Below are positions 26,861 through 42,437 of a DNA stretch of 64,000 nt, in pieces; the first letter of the stretch is position 1, and every line of letters starts with the position of its first letter. The translations under genes were made by a program, and so were the position numbers. The DNA comes from the human T2T-CHM13v2.0 reference genome, Homo sapiens. The DNA lies in the NCBI RefSeq assembly GCF_009914755.1, contig NC_060934.1, one strand, 5' to 3'. The notes under the pieces were generated by a model. It was not told the DNA's origin. It worked only from the letters and a program-made list of their open reading frames with translations, and searched no databases.

Positions 26861-29800
26861 AGTAATGTATCAGAAATTTTTGACTGCATGGCCAAAAGCC
26901 ATTCCTAATTTTTTTCTTGATAAATAATCCCTAGAATTTGTTTGGAGGAGCCATGTGTCTAGTTCAAAAGAAAGAGCTATGAATTGGTTATTTTAGTCTT
27001 GGCAATCCCATCCATTTCTGCCACATACTCATTTATCTATATTCTTCTGCACCGCGTGGCCATTTGACTCATTTTTTGGCCTATGAAACGTAATGGAATG
27101 TCACCTGCGTGACCTCTTAAAGAGCTTTTTCCCCTTGATAAAATTGGGTGAAATTACACTTTGTCCTTGTCCCCTTTCTTCCTCTTTGGGATACTGTCTT
27201 GTGAGATAATGATGCTTGGACTATGGCAGCTATCTTGCTACTATGAGCAAAAAGCCTCAGAATGAAAGCCAATATGATAAGGATGCTGGTATAGAGGAAC
27301 CAAGTGCAATGTGTGAGCTGAGGGTGGAGTACCCAAATGAAAAACTCTAGAAAACTGCTGGCAGCATGAGAGTATCCAAATAATTGAGAAAAATTAAAAA
27401 GTCAAAAAATTAAAATTTTCCAGCCTTGGTAGTTATGTTCAATGTTATGCACCAAAATGTAAGAAAAACAGAAAACTCGGTGGTGAACAATAGAGATAAA
27501 AATATGGCTGGAAAGGAAAGCCTACCATAATATTAAAAGATTTGTGATTATTTAATACATGATAAAATCTTAAAATTTTATTTATATAGTTAAAAAGAAG
27601 TCTATTATGGATAGGCAATTGATCAGTTCTGAATATATATTTTTAGAGTGATGTAATACAAGCTGAGCTTCACATGTCCAGAGCCCCATTTTGCTAATCT
27701 AAGTCAGTTGTCTGTTCCTCTTACATACTTTCTCCTCTGAAATTCTGTTATAGTTCAATATGCCATTTTTCAATGAGATCCCCAGACTGTGTACCTCAAA
27801 CCTGCAAAAGTCAGGTTTAGTAATGGCCTCTCCTCCTGCTAACATCTGCATTATGTAATAGTATTAATTGTAACTTTTAAAGGTAATAGAAAGTTTTAAG
27901 TCACTCTCTTTTTAGTTTGGCTAGTTTATTATTGAGTATATTTAAGTGGAGATTCTTCCTTGACTTAAAATCTCAGGAGGACCCAAGGAAAAACAGAAAA
28001 GATAAGAAGTCAAGTTCATAGAATGAAACTGAGGTTAGCACCTAAGATACTAAAGTGACTTGCTAATTGGCATATCTACTCAAAGCAACTTTTGAGAGAC
28101 TCATTAGGCTGCAGGTCACACTGAAATGGGAGGATTAAGGACCATAGACCTCAGCTAAACTTTGTACAGATCAATTTTTAAAGACTCAGAAAGGACTGAT
28201 ATTATTGGCTAAATCAGCATATATTTCAACCTTATCAGAATACCTTGACAGAATGAGGAGGGCACAATAAATGTGATGAAAATAATCAGTGATCTCTCAG
28301 GATCTAAAAAAAAGCCCAAATTTATCAAACAATAAGTATTCTCTGATGGTGTATAGTGTATGCCTTTGAGGTCGCATTTGCTGGGGGCAAAGAACTATCA
28401 ATGGCTCCTCATTGTCAAAGCAGGAACATCAAAACCTGGCAGATGTGCTATCACTCGCCTCTCTTGCCTCTGATCCAGTTGAGTCTAAATGCCACCCCAG
28501 ACTCCTTAACTCAGACCTTCAGGCAGCCACAACCACTGGACTAGAATTGGCAAAATCATTGGCTTACAAGGTGGAATCCCAGCTTTTAGACATAGCAAGA
28601 GGGACTTTCCTATTCTTTATTCTTACACTTGCTACTCCATGTCTTGTAACATCAAGCTCCATCAATAATGAGTTACTTGAGATTCTCCCAAACATTGAGC
28701 TGTTTCTTGTGCTTTTGCTCAAGTTGTCTGCTTTGCCTGAAATGTCCTCCTGACTCTCCCAAGTCTTTACCTGATTATCTCCTGCTCATTCAGTCTCATG
28801 TTTTCATGAGGATGGAATTCCTAGAGTCATACCCTAGAAGCTCCTTTTGAGATGTTTTTGGAAATCTGTTAGGGTATTAAATGAAGGTTTAGAATTGGCT
28901 ACCTTTGTCACAAAACATCTCTGTTTAGGTCCTATGACTCATAAAGTTGTTCAAGAGTTATTACAAGTAGTTGTGTTTACTGCACAACTACTATAACTTT
29001 CCTTCTTCCCAGGAATCAGACCTAGTCTAGGCTCTGGCCTAGGGAACAAATGCCATCCTGCTCTCTTCATTGCTCCACTTTCCCCTATGCCATAAACCTA
29101 TGCACACATAAAATTTTATCCTCTGGGTCCTGTTATCCTTCCCCTACTTCTCTAAAAAGGACAACTCTCAGTGAAACCACTAGTTCCTCACAAACAGGCA
29201 AACTCTAAATCCCAATTAGGCCCAGCTGGAGCTCTGAGACTATTGAAAACATCTGTCATAAGGAAATTAACTCATTCTCTAAGATTTATAACAGGCTCCT
29301 CCTTGCCTTTAGGAACCTGGGAAGGAGTGAAAGAGATGCAAAAGTAAAAAAAAAATGTTTTGTATGTGAGTTGGGGTCAGGGGTAGAGCATGATAGGAAC
29401 AGATGATAAGATGGGGAAAGAAGGAGACTTAAACATTAACTCAAAGTGAAGCTCAACCAAGAACCTTTAAAGGTTCATTACTGTTTATCACAGTGCTTTT
29501 TTGGTACTTTTTGAATTCAGAATGTGTATCCAAGACTGCACAAACAACAGGGAAAGGAGTCAACAGAAAGAGCAAACATATCCTTCTTAAAGGACGTGAT
29601 ATTCTTGAAGACCAGATCTATACAAATGAAACAATTAAAAGAACTCAAAACAACATAGGAACAAGTATTGTCGTCTGTGGCTTTGAGAACCCCTATACTT
29701 TATTGGCTCATTTTTTGCTTTGTTGGGAGGGGTGGTGAGAAGATGACAATATCTAGATCTGCAGGGCAGGCATCATATCAACTCTTCCAGCACTAAGGAG

Positions 29801-30744
29801 AACAAAAACCCAACCAATACTACTGATTTTAAGTATTAAGTACACAACCATAATTAATCCTACTGAGAAATATTATGTGACAAGAGGCAAATATGTTTTT
29901 TCTCATTGTCCTTGAGCTATAAAATTGAAGGCTACCTTAGCTGCATTATTGGAGAAAGGCTTTCAAGGACTTCTGAAAACATCTGTCCTCCTCTCAGCAT
30001 TTTTTGTTTCTTTAGGCAGAAGAGCATGCTCTCAGTAGAGCTGAAAACTGGCATGAGCTAGAGAGAGATTCAAGCTACTGTAGGGGGCTAAGTAATTGCC
30101 CTTGTTATTCAAACGCTACTCATCAGTTTTTGCACCTCTGTGTGGACAACAAATTGATGTGAACAGGCTCCAGGTCCCAAGCTGGAAATGTTTCCAGGAG
30201 GAATAATTCAATGAACTGAGAAGATACACGTTGCATTTTTCATGAACTGCTCTCGGTTCCTGGAAATGTCAGTTATATAATTATAGTATATTATGTCACT
30301 CCTCAGCACCATTACTTGGATAGAACAGAAGTATTTTAGTTCAGCCATCGTACTGTGTAACTATCTGCCTAGAAACACACAATTATATCACAAACCTTAA
30401 TGTATTCCAAACTGAGCAACTGTTCTCTCTCTAAAATCTTTCTATATCCAGTTTTGTCCTGGTGAATGACACTTGCTTAAGTCAAAAACGTGAATATTAT
30501 CTCTTATTCCTCATAGTCTGACAGTTTTGCTATGTAGTGTCTCTCAAACCCATCCACTTCTCTCCATCCTCACTGTCACTACCCTAGTTAACCTTAATCG
30601 CTACTGGATTAATGCAACAGCCCCAGGCAAATTTCATGTCTCTGGTGTTTGATACATCTGATCCAATCCATTCTTCACACTGAATCATTCTAAAACATAT
30701 TAACTTGCTTAAAATCCTTTTAATGACACTTTTAAAATATGTCA

Positions 30745-31380
30745 TTAAAATTCACTTTTTACTTATTGTACAGTTCTGTGAGTTTTAGCAAATCCATAGA
30801 GTTTTGTAACTACTACCGCCGCAATCAGGATATAGAACAGTTAGCTTCACCTTCAAAAAATTCCCTCATGCTGCTGCTTTGTAGTCAGAACCTTTCCCCA
30901 ACCCTAACCCTAGATAACCACTAATCTGTTCTCCATCTTTATAGTTTTGCTTTTCTAGAAGGCCATATAAATGGAATGATATAATATATAACATTTTGCT
31001 CTGGCTTTCACTAATCACAGTGTATGTGAGATTCATTCATATTGCTGAACGTATTGATAGTTCATTCCTTTTTATTACTGAGTAGTATTCCATTGCATGC
31101 ATGTTCCTATGGTTTATACATTCATGTACTGAAGGACATTTGGGTTATTTCCTAGTGGGAGTAGTTATGAATACTATTATTATAAGTATTTGCATAAGAG
31201 TTTTTATGTTTAATATAAGCTTTTATTTCTCTAGGATAAATATCTAGGAGTGGGATTATTGGGCCATGTGGCAAGTATAGATAAATGCCAAACTCTTCTC
31301 CAAGTGGCTGTACCATTTTTGCCTCCCACCGTAATGTATAAGAGCTCAAACTGATCCACATCTTAACCAATACTTGATAT
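30745..31380 (-). mobile_element. Old L1M (L1MC/MD-like) fragment
   Basis: ataaccactaatctgttctccatc...agtagtattccattgcatg...ctaggagtgggattattgggcc antisense L1 3' region. Confidence 0.8.
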
Positions 31381-31392
31381 TGCCAGGTTTTT

Positions 31393-31689
31393 TGTTTTTG
31401 TTTTTGCTTGTTTGAGATGGACTTTCACTCTTGTTCCCAAGGCTTGGATGCAATGGCGTGATCTCGGCTCACCACAACCTCCACCTCCTGAGTTCAAGCG
31501 ATTCTGCCTCAGCCTCCTTAGTATCTGGGATTATAGGCATGCACCACTATGCCCAGATAATTTTGTGTTTTTGTAGAGACGGGTTTCTCCATGTTGGTCA
31601 GGCTGGTCTGAACTCTCGACCACAGGTGATCCACCTGCCTTGGCCTCCCAAAGTGCTGGGATTATAGGTGTGAGGCTCTGCACCCAGCC
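31393..31689 (-). mobile_element. AluS (Sp/Sq-like)
   Basis: tttcactcttgttcccaaggcttggatgcaatggcgtgatctcggctcaccacaacc; TSD-like tgccaggttttt/tgacaggttttt. Confidence 0.92.
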
Positions 31690-31709
31690 TGACAGGTTTT
31701 TTTAAATTG

Positions 31710-33368
31710 ATGGTGTTCACTCTTCAAAATAAAACTTAAATATGGTGATATAAACTCAACTATTATTAATACATCTTATGTTAGATGATAAGGGAATAAG
31801 AGAGGAAGAAAACAAAATATTTGCTTCATATATATACAGATACATACATGAATACATATATATGTAATATACATACAAACATATTTATAAGAAAATAAGG
31901 AAGAAATACAACAATTACAGTCCTCATCTCTGTAAGTAGACACATGGTTATAGCTGTCATTTGTAACTATCTTCTGCTAGTATACATGCCATATTTCCTT
32001 TGTTCTCAGTAATCAGTTCAACTGGTCATGGTTCTTTGCCTGGTAGGCAGAAAACACAACCAAGTAAAATCCCATTATTTTTGAAGAGTCTGGGCCATTA
32101 GCAGTACTAACTGAATTGTGATGTTGTGGTTTTGCATTGGCTTTAATCAAAGAACAGGGTAGTACTAAGAGACACCCTAAAAGATCTCCTATGTTTAAGA
32201 CATACTCTTCCTTGCCTCCCTTGTGTAGCAGCAGTCCAATTTCCCCTTGGTAACCAGGACTGATTACCCCATCCTACACAGTAGCTCCCTTCCTTGCCTG
32301 TTAATTAAGAGGCAGGAGGAGCCCAAGGTGACTAGTTAAGATGATCGTCTTAACTTCTGTTTCAGTGAAATTATTGTTGTGTTTCCTAGTAAAAATATTT
32401 CTCCCATTGGAGCTAATACATCTATACCAGCAGAACATAAGGTTGCAGGGACAGGAAGCAACCATTGTGCTAGTATATCACCAGGGATAATATGAGTTGT
32501 GCCATTTCTACCCATTGATTCTTGGGACCCAAGAATCCTGGCCATGGGAGAAACCGTATCATATATTGGATGCTGATTCAGAGCATAGATAGCCTCTTGG
32601 AGGTATTGTCACATAATTGGCACTGAAATTGAGGCTTCAAAAAGTATTCCACTATTTTTTTTTTTTTTGAGACGGAATCTTGCTCTGTTGCCCAGGCTAG
32701 AGTACAGTGGCATGATCTCGGCTCACTGCAAGCTCGGCCTCCCAGGTTCACACCATTCTCCTGCCTCAGCCTCCTGAGTAGCTGGGACTACAGGCGCCCG
32801 CTACCATGCCTGGCTAATTTTTTTTTTGTATTTTTAGTAGAGACGGGGTTTCACCGTGTTAGCCAGGATGGTCTCGATCTCCTGACCTTGTGATCTGCCC
32901 GCCTTGGCCTTCCAAAGTGCTGGGATTACAGGTGTGAGCCACCGCGTGTGGCCTAAGTATTCCACTATTCTATCAGGCTAGCTGCTTCAGGATGGTGGAG
33001 AACCTGGTGAAACCAGTGAATCCTATAGGCCTGGGCCCATTGCTGCACTTCATTAGCTGTGAAGTGATTTCCTTGATCAGAAGCAATGCTATGTGAAATA
33101 CTATGATAATGGATAAAGTTATGGATGGTAGTTTTGGAAGAAGCAGAGAAGGCAAATACAACTCCAGATAAAATGTTTATTCCAGTGAGAACAAAACACT
33201 GCCCTTTCCATAAAATAAATGCTCCAGTATAATCCACTTGCCATCAGGAAGCTGGCTGATCAACCTAGGGAATGGTACCACATTGAGGACTCAGTGTGGA
33301 TTTCTGCCACTGGCAGATCGGGCACTCAGCACTAGAGTAGCCAGATCGGCCTTGGCAAGTGCAAGTAA
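31710..33368 (-). mobile_element. ERV-L internal remnant (integrase and dUTPase), interrupted by AluY
   Basis: Minus-strand peptide WKGQCFVLTGI...SIASDQGNHFTANEVQQWA...[10 protein letters not shown] (32965-33237) matches the HERV-L integrase core. LLPVPATLCSAGIDVL and GVISPGYQGEIGLLLHKGGKEEY (~32190-32470) match the HERV-L dUTPase. In-frame stops are present. Confidence 0.88.
32657..32953 (-). mobile_element. AluY
   Basis: Y diagnostics (gcaagctc, ccattctcc, ttcaccgtgttagccaggatggtctcgatc). 15-bp TSD AAGTATTCCACTATT at 32642-32656 and 32955-32969. Confidence 0.95.
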
Positions 33369-35144
33369 CGGAAACTCGGCTCCAATTGAGCAAGGTAAGG
33401 ATACTGGGCTACTGTGTGGGTCAGAGGATGGAAATATGACTGTCCCTCAGGAGTCAGAACCCCCGGAATCTCACCCTCACTGATCCCTTTGGATCAGCTT
33501 CATGTGGCCTCTCTTGCTGAGCAGTTCTTTATGAAGTTCTTTGCCCACAGTGTAGAACAAAGACATGCAACCCTTTCCTAGGTTTATGTTCCTCGGTTTC
33601 AGAAACCACCTAGACTGAGTTGGAATCTTTGACTCTGATCATAAATCTCTGGAGAAAAACTTTGGTCCCACTTTGGCTTGGTTCCACCCTCCCTTTCCCT
33701 GAACAATCAATTCTGGACAGCAAACTGGGCCATGTTTACCAATATGGATAGAGGGCAGGAAAAGGAAGCTTGAAGTGGTGAGGAGGAGAGCATGGGGTGT
33801 GGACATAGATCATTTTCAGAGAAAGAAGCTGGTGCATGGACAAAAAGGTCAATAGATTTTTCATGATGGAAAAGTCATGTGGTATTTTACTATGGTGAGT
33901 ACAGGACCCCTTTTCTTACTTTAAAAATTTGATTTAAATGAGAGAGTGGACTTAAAGTGTTTGCACAGTGCCTAACTAAACGTATTATTATTGCTTGATT
34001 TGGCTCTGCCATCACAAGAGTACTAACTCACTATAAAACTGGTTAATGCTCACTTCATCTGTTTCAGATGGTGGTTTTGAGTTTTAAACAAAATCACATT
34101 TGATGGAAGCTAATCGAAAAATGGTACTAGATTAATCTTAATAAATGAAGGCACTAAGCACAGTAGTTCCACCTTAATGTCTCTTCTGTGCTCCAGCCTT
34201 GTACCTCCAAAGACCTCCTGGTTATGTCCACTGGGATACCTCAATGACATCTCAAAAGCGACATGTGCAAAACTCCTCTTACCTCCCTAATCTTCCCTTC
34301 TTAGTAACTGTCAACTTTTCCACACTCGCACTGTTGTTCAAATTTAATCCAGACAGTTGTCCTGATATCTCTGAGTATCTTAATCCCTGTATCCACATGA
34401 TCATGAATTCCTATTGATCCAGCCTCTGATTTATATCTTGAGTTGGTGTAATTTTAATCTCTTCATTGGATTATTGAACAGTCTCCTGTGTGGTCTCCTT
34501 GTTTCCACCACTTTTCCCTCTCTAACCCATTTTCCATAGAGTAGCCAGGGTGATCTCATACATTTATTTATTAGGTAACAAGATTCCTGAAAGGTCTATC
34601 TGAAGGCAAATATTTTGCTACTTCATCCAACTGAAGGTCACAATAATTGTGAACTATCCTCAATCCTGAATTTATCTCCCAACAATTAGATTATATTTAA
34701 GCCTTTAGGAGAAGATGTGCCAATGGACACCTTTTCAAAATAAACATTTCTTATAAAATATTAACTAATCTTGCCTTACATTAAATTAAAATTAGTTGTC
34801 AACTAAATTGTTTTGGGTGAATAAGGTCCTAGTTTCAAGAACAATAAGAATGATTATAAAAGTGGCAATGTTTTATGTTTTATCAAACAACTATTAACCT
34901 ATAACCATGAGACCATTTTTTGCCCTCAAGATATGTAGAAAAGTCCGTGTTTTGGATAGAATATATACACTGTAATTCGTCTCATTCAAAACACATGAGT
35001 GTTCCAGATACAACTTTTTTAGTCTCTTGAAAATTCAGGATTATGGATAGCTTATACGATCCTAATAAGATCAAATAGGGACAAAAACACTTGCTTTATA
35101 ATACTAGAATTAAAATAATATTTAAAAAATGACATTATATTTCC

Positions 35145-35950
35145 CCACAAGACCCCAATTAATTACAAAGCAAAAATAGTAACTTTTTACTAGAGACACC
35201 TCACAATCATCACCTTAATACCTATCAGAGTAAACATCACCATTAATGGGGAAAATTGCATCAAATGCCTTCTAATATGATGCATTGAGAAAAACATGAC
35301 ATCCTTGAGTCTTGCCCATAGTGCAAAACTGAATCAAATCATGAAGAAATATCAGACAAGGCCAGATTGTCCACTTGTACTCTCAAAAATGTCAATGTCA
35401 TAAAACACACAAAAAAAGACCAAGAAACAGTTCCAGGTTAAGAAAATATAAGCAAATACAATAATTGATGTGGGACTTTTTTTTCCTATAAGGATTTAAC
35501 TGGGACAATTGGCAAAGTCTGAGTAAAGTTTTTTGTTTAGATAATGGTATTGCTTCAATATTAATTTTCTAGCTGTGAAAATTGTATTGTGGTTATCTAA
35601 GAATGCTCACCGTTTTAGGAAATGCACTGATGTATTTAGGCATGAAGGAATATCATGTTCACACTTAACCTCAGACTCGGGGAAAAGTGCATGTGTGTGT
35701 ATATATATACACACACACATACATGTGTGTATACATATATATACACACACATACATGTGTGTATATATATACACACACATACATGTGTGTATACATACAC
35801 ACACACACACACAGAGAGAGAGAGAAAGTAAAAGCAAATATGGTAAAATGTTAACACTTGGCTAATCCGGGTAAAGGATTTAGGAATTTTTTGTACTATT
35901 CCTGCAATTTCACGTTAAATCTGAAGTTATTTCAAAATAAAAAAATTAAA
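35145..35950 (+). mobile_element. Old L1M (MC/ME-like) 3' UTR
   Basis: aattaattacaaagcaaaaatagtaacttt...tttttgtactattcctgcaattt...tctgaagttatttcaaaataaaaaa. Confidence 0.75.
35690..35826. repeat. Compound (TG)/(TA)/(CA)/(GA) repeat
   Basis: Repeating atacatgtgtgtatatatatacacacac-type units followed by (CA)n(GA)n. Confidence 0.9.
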
Positions 35951-36614
35951 GGAGAAATAGACTCTACATTTGTCCCTATATAAGAATATTTTAGGGACAT
36001 AGCCTCTTTAAATTAATATTTTCCCACCTGCCAGATGATTATCCTCTTCCTCAGAAAAACATTCTTCTTTCTCCTATCCGTCTATGTTCAAATTCGATTT
36101 TTCTTTAGTTGCTAATGAGGTTGGTCCCTTCTACCCAATCTTCAAGGGAAGAAAGAGTAGTCTGTTTTGATAACTTCTACAGAACCAGATTTATATTTAT
36201 ACAGTCTAATATGATACATACAATAATTTGTCATATAACAATTTTGGTTTTTATATTTACAGAAAACCTGGACTCCATTTGATTTTCACATAGGGACTTG
36301 ACATTGATTGTTAGTGAAAATTGTGTGTTCCTTGACAATATTATTATGCCTCCCGTATACATGGCATACAGGCCAGATGCTGGGGAGGGGAGAGTAAGGG
36401 TGGAGGTGCCCTTATGTTGTTTGCAGTTGCAGTTAGGAAAAAATGTGACACCTGTGTCAGAAGTTATATACCTATGTATGAATCAGGGTGGTCCCAAGGC
36501 AGATAATTAATTTACTGTTGAGTTATAGACAATAAATATTGATTAAATTGTTTTGCATCCAATACAAGTTAAGGAGGTATGTCAAGACCCAAATTATTTG
36601 GATGGGCAGAGGAT

Positions 36615-36835
36615 GGCGGGAAAGAGTCTGGGCACATAGGCCAGACTAAGTTGCATTTGAACCTTGACTCCGCTCTTTACTGCTCTCATGATCCTAGGAA
36701 TGCTCCTTAGGCTCTTCCAGCTCAGTTTCCTCATTTGTAAAAGGGAAAAATAATTTCTACCTTAAAGGGTGTTGAAAAGAGACAATGCTGGCAAATCACC
36801 TGATGTAAACAAGGCATTTATTCATTTAGTGATAT
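36615..36835 (+). mobile_element. MIR
   Basis: ctcagtttcctcatttgtaaaaggg MIR core. Confidence 0.75.
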
Positions 36836-36922
36836 AAGCTGAGTGCTCACAGCCTACAAGATTTCCATGGGCCTACCTAGAATAAATAAGTGTGTTAATA
36901 AAAATTATAAAATCCTTTTTGA

Positions 36923-37429
<507 letters not shown>

Positions 37430-38713
37430 TAATGAAGATTTGAACTCTCAAAGAGAAGCCTGCCTACTGCCTACTAATATTTTAAAACTACTCTACTTGT
37501 GGGTATTCAATAAAGTCTAATGGTTATAATTATTTTTAATTTTAAAATGCTCATTGTTTTTCCTAATGTGAGATTCTCCCAACCTGGAATGGATTTTTAT
37601 TTTCTTCATCTGTAGGGCTAAAACAAATAACCATCACAAACCGTGGACTACATGTGTTAAAACACCACAGAGTCAGGGAAAGTTTTTATAGAAACTTCTT
37701 CTCATATGTTCCACTGTGTCCTCTCTCCAACTTTGAACATGACCTTCAATTGTCAGGCTTAAATGTAGTAGTTTTATTTGGCTGTTGAACCTAATTATAA
37801 TGAATGAAAGGCTCTGAGACTTATCACAGATGAGGTGGTGAGCCTTTTACAGAAATGCCTTCAAATAAACTTTTGTAGCTTAATATATTTGTGGCACCTA
37901 ACAGCTGTGTGCTACTCCTAGAAAATTTAATCCCACACACTGATCATTTGGCACAGAAAATAAGATGTGGGGTGGGAAGGGGAACCTTAGATTTAAATTG
38001 TGTATACAAATATTTATGTAAGCATAAAACACTATCAACAAACACGCAGATGCTGCAGTATATACACTTTGCATGGTGAGAAATCTAAAGATTAATTCTG
38101 ACATTATTTTCAAGGGGAAGATTCTTTTCACATGAGTTTAAATAGTTTGGATACACTGTATTAAATTTTTTTTTTTTTTTACTTTAGGGGTTAGTTATTC
38201 CTCATTTATTAAGCAAACATCGAGCTGCTAAAAAAAGACCAAGAACATCTGAAAAATATGGTCCCATTCTTCACAGAAAAGCTTTTAGTTCTGAAGACAT
38301 TTTATGTGAAAACCTGAAATAATAATAGATCTTTGGAGGACACATTATTTGTTTTTCCTATGGGTTACACATATGGGATTTCAGGTACAGGAAAGATCTA
38401 CATAGGAAGGGAGAAACAAAAGGGGTTTCTAGAGGGTAAGTGTTGAGATGGAACTTAAAGGAAAGATATGATTTATATAGGCAGTGAGCAGGGTCTGATT
38501 AAATATTGCATATTTTGTGTGTATAAACTTTGTGTATATCATGCACTGCAATTCACTGTGATTTTTTAAAATTCACAAACTTTGGCTTTTAGAGCACTTT
38601 TAAGTTTATGCAAAGTTCATCAGAAAGTATGAAGAGTTTCCAAATACCCCCATTTCCACATATGTTCAACCTCTCCCACTAAACCTAACCTATTCTAGGG
38701 CTCTCAAAAAACA

Positions 38714-39215
38714 TGTAGTGGCTTGAATGGTGCCCCCCTTTCCCCTCCCATTTTTTTCTCCTGGCTGGAAAAAAGTGTGTTCACTCAGAATTTATGAATC
38801 TAACTTTACTTAGAAAAACCATATTTGAGGATGTAATTAAGGTAAGGATCTTCAAATTAGATCATCCTAGACTAGGGTAGGCCTTAATGAATATGAAATG
38901 CAAAGTGTCCAATGAAAAGTGTCTTTAGAAGACACAGACACAGAGAAGAAGGAAAGAAGACACAAAGAGAAGACCATCTGAATCTGGAGGCAGAGACCGG
39001 GGTTGTATAGTTACAAGCCAAACAAGTACTCGAAACCATCAAAACCTGGAAGAGGCAAGGTAGGAGTCTCCTCTGGAGCCTTCAGAAAGAGAATAGCCCT
39101 ACGAACACATTGATTTTAGACTTCTGGCCTCCAAAACTGAGAGGGTATTAATTTCTGTTGTTTTTAAGCCACTAAGTTTGTGATAATTTGCTATATAGAA
39201 GCTCTAGAAAATTGA
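38714..39215 (+). mobile_element. MLT1C-like MaLR LTR
   Basis: tgtagtggcttgaatggtgcccc...gattttagacttctggcctccaaaactgagag...tttctgttgtttttaagccactaagtttgtg. Confidence 0.82.
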
Positions 39216-40015
39216 TGGTCTTGACTTAAAGAATTTCCACCTTCTTTCCTTTCCCTTGACAAGAGTTTGTGTCAGTATTGATGGCCATTTCATTTAACAT
39301 GCCTGTAGCAGTAGACATGGCTGGCTGTGTGTTCCACCTTCCATGGAATAGATTTTTCTTTTTGAAGTAGTTGTCCAGACAGGGGCTACATTTTCCATCA
39401 CTTCTTTCATCTTGATCAAGTGTATGTGCAGTTCTGGCCAATGAAATATGAGCAAAATTGATGTATGTTACTTCTGAGGGAAGGCACTTAAGAGTGTGTT
39501 TTTTTCCTACTTTCTTGAATCATGTCTATTGGCTGGATCAGAAGACTCCAAGGATCTAGCGGATGGCAACACCACAAGATGGCATTGTCATTGTAGCTTA
39601 ATGAAGCACATGACACTATGGAGGGGAGTGGGTTTTTTTAATTAAAGTGGGGTTCTGTCAGTCAGGCGAAACGGAGGTGGGCAACACACAATATCTACTA
39701 CAACTACTTTATTATGTTCATATGCTTGTTACTTTGCTTTGATAGAGTTGCTTTGATGGAATTCAGATATTTGAAAAATACCTTTCCAAAGGACACATTC
39801 TTAGCTTCTTGGTAATAATGATAGTATTTAACTGTAAATTAATATTCAAATGCTAATGAAACACTTTCACTAAATACTCATTTAATTCTTAAAGACCCCT
39901 GTCATGTAGCTAAAACCAGTTGAACTAACTAACATTAGAATTAAGAAATTTTGACTTCAAATCCACACCTCTTTCTCTGCAGTACTTCATTTACAAATGG
40001 AAATTCTTATTGCCT

Positions 40016-40495
40016 GGGAGACCTAAGCTTGTCATCTGTAGTGAACATGTGCTCTTTTTTGCTACCTAGTATGTATTTTCCTTTCTTTAATTAATGCTTA
40101 TCTGAACTTCTGGGAGAACCACCCTTTCTGCTACTCTCAGCCTAACTAGAGTTGACTCTATCCCTGAATCCAGGGATGAACATGTGATTCAGACTGGCCA
40201 ATCAGAAATGGCATTCCTCTGGCCTGTGGCCCAATATAGGCCAGTGAGAGTCAGGTCCAGAACTTTCATTGTGTAGAGGAAAATGTAAGAAGTGCACTGT
40301 CGGCAGACATCTTGCTCACCGTGTAGCAGCTAAGAAGCCAACAGAGTTGACATATCAGACACAGGGAGCCGGAGACGTCTTTTGAGTCCCTGAACCCTGT
40401 CAAGTCAGAAGTCAAATTTATTTGTTTGTTGACTTTTCAGAAGATTCCCTCTTCTGCTTAAACCAGTTCAAGTTAGATTTTCTTTATCAACTGTT
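40016..40495 (+). mobile_element. Old MLT1 (K/L-like) LTR
   Basis: catgtgattcagactggccaatcagaa...tgcttaaaccagttcaagttagattttct. Confidence 0.6.
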
Positions 40496-41308
40496 TATAA
40501 AATAGTGACTTTTACCTCATGTGGATAAACAGTCATTTAAAAAAAGAAAAGTAAGATACTCCAGTATCCAGTATCCAGTACAGAGCTACTTCATGCTTAA
40601 TCACTTCTAGTTTCAGAACTTTGAGCCAGGGACACTGAGCTAGTGTAGCCCCAGGTACAAGATTTGAAAGTTTCCTGCTCAGGATTCTGCATCCTTACTC
40701 ATGAGGTCTGAGTATTAGGAGCCCCAAACAGGGAGAAGCTCAGTAAAAAGAAAATTTGTTGAACGTTGAGTGAATCTGGGGTAGTATGGACTTCCATGAA
40801 GTTCCAAGTATGTATTCATGCTTTACTATTGAACTAAATTGTTCACAATTCTGCAACAGCTTGTGGCTTAATGTTCAGTAGGATAAACTTTTTTTTTTTC
40901 TGTTGCTTTGTAATTACTTGAAGTACACTTTATGGAGAATAACACCCAAAATTTAATTGTGTGACTGTGTTCTTATACATATGGGAGAGGGTATGGGAGG
41001 GAAGGTAAAGAGATTCCTTTGCCAAGGGGTGGAATTTTAAAATGCAGTTCATGTGTTGTATTTGCCTTATTGACATTTATCCTTCAATATAACCTAGAGT
41101 CAGGCTATTTGGATGATCACCACATCACAGTCAAGAGCTATGAATGACCTTCATTGATTTTGTTATTTCATTTCTTTAGTACATACCCAGCAATTTGCCC
41201 ATCCAAAATTACAGTTGTGCTGTTTCTGAATCTATGCTGCTTTAGTGTTTATAGGTATGAAAGGAATTTGGGAAATATAATTTTCTGATTATTTGAGAAA
41301 GATGAGAT

Positions 41309-42011
<703 letters not shown>

Positions 42012-42437
42012 AGAAAAATGAGATGTTTTAAACCACTTGGCTTGCATTGATTTCCTACCTGTACACCTTGGAAAAGTCAGGTCCTCTGATTTCTTCTTCT
42101 ACATGAGCCACTGGAAAGGATGAAATGAGGCTGGGGATAGAATAGTATGTGAAGAGCACTATTTACTATATGCAGAAGAGGAAAATCCTACCGTACATAT
42201 GCTCCTCAGTTAATAGGTTTTCTGTAGAATGTAAACTTCTTGAGGCCAAGAACCTTGACTGTCCCTTGGAAGAGCTAATCCATGGTGAATGCTTAATAAA
42301 TATTTTCTGAAAAACAACTGAAAAGATGGTTGAATAAAGAAATCTTCAGAAATTAAACAAATAATGCCATAACTTTCATTGTAAAACTCAGGGTCCAATT
42401 ACGCTTTTAGCCTAATTCAATCCTATTAACCTGAAAC

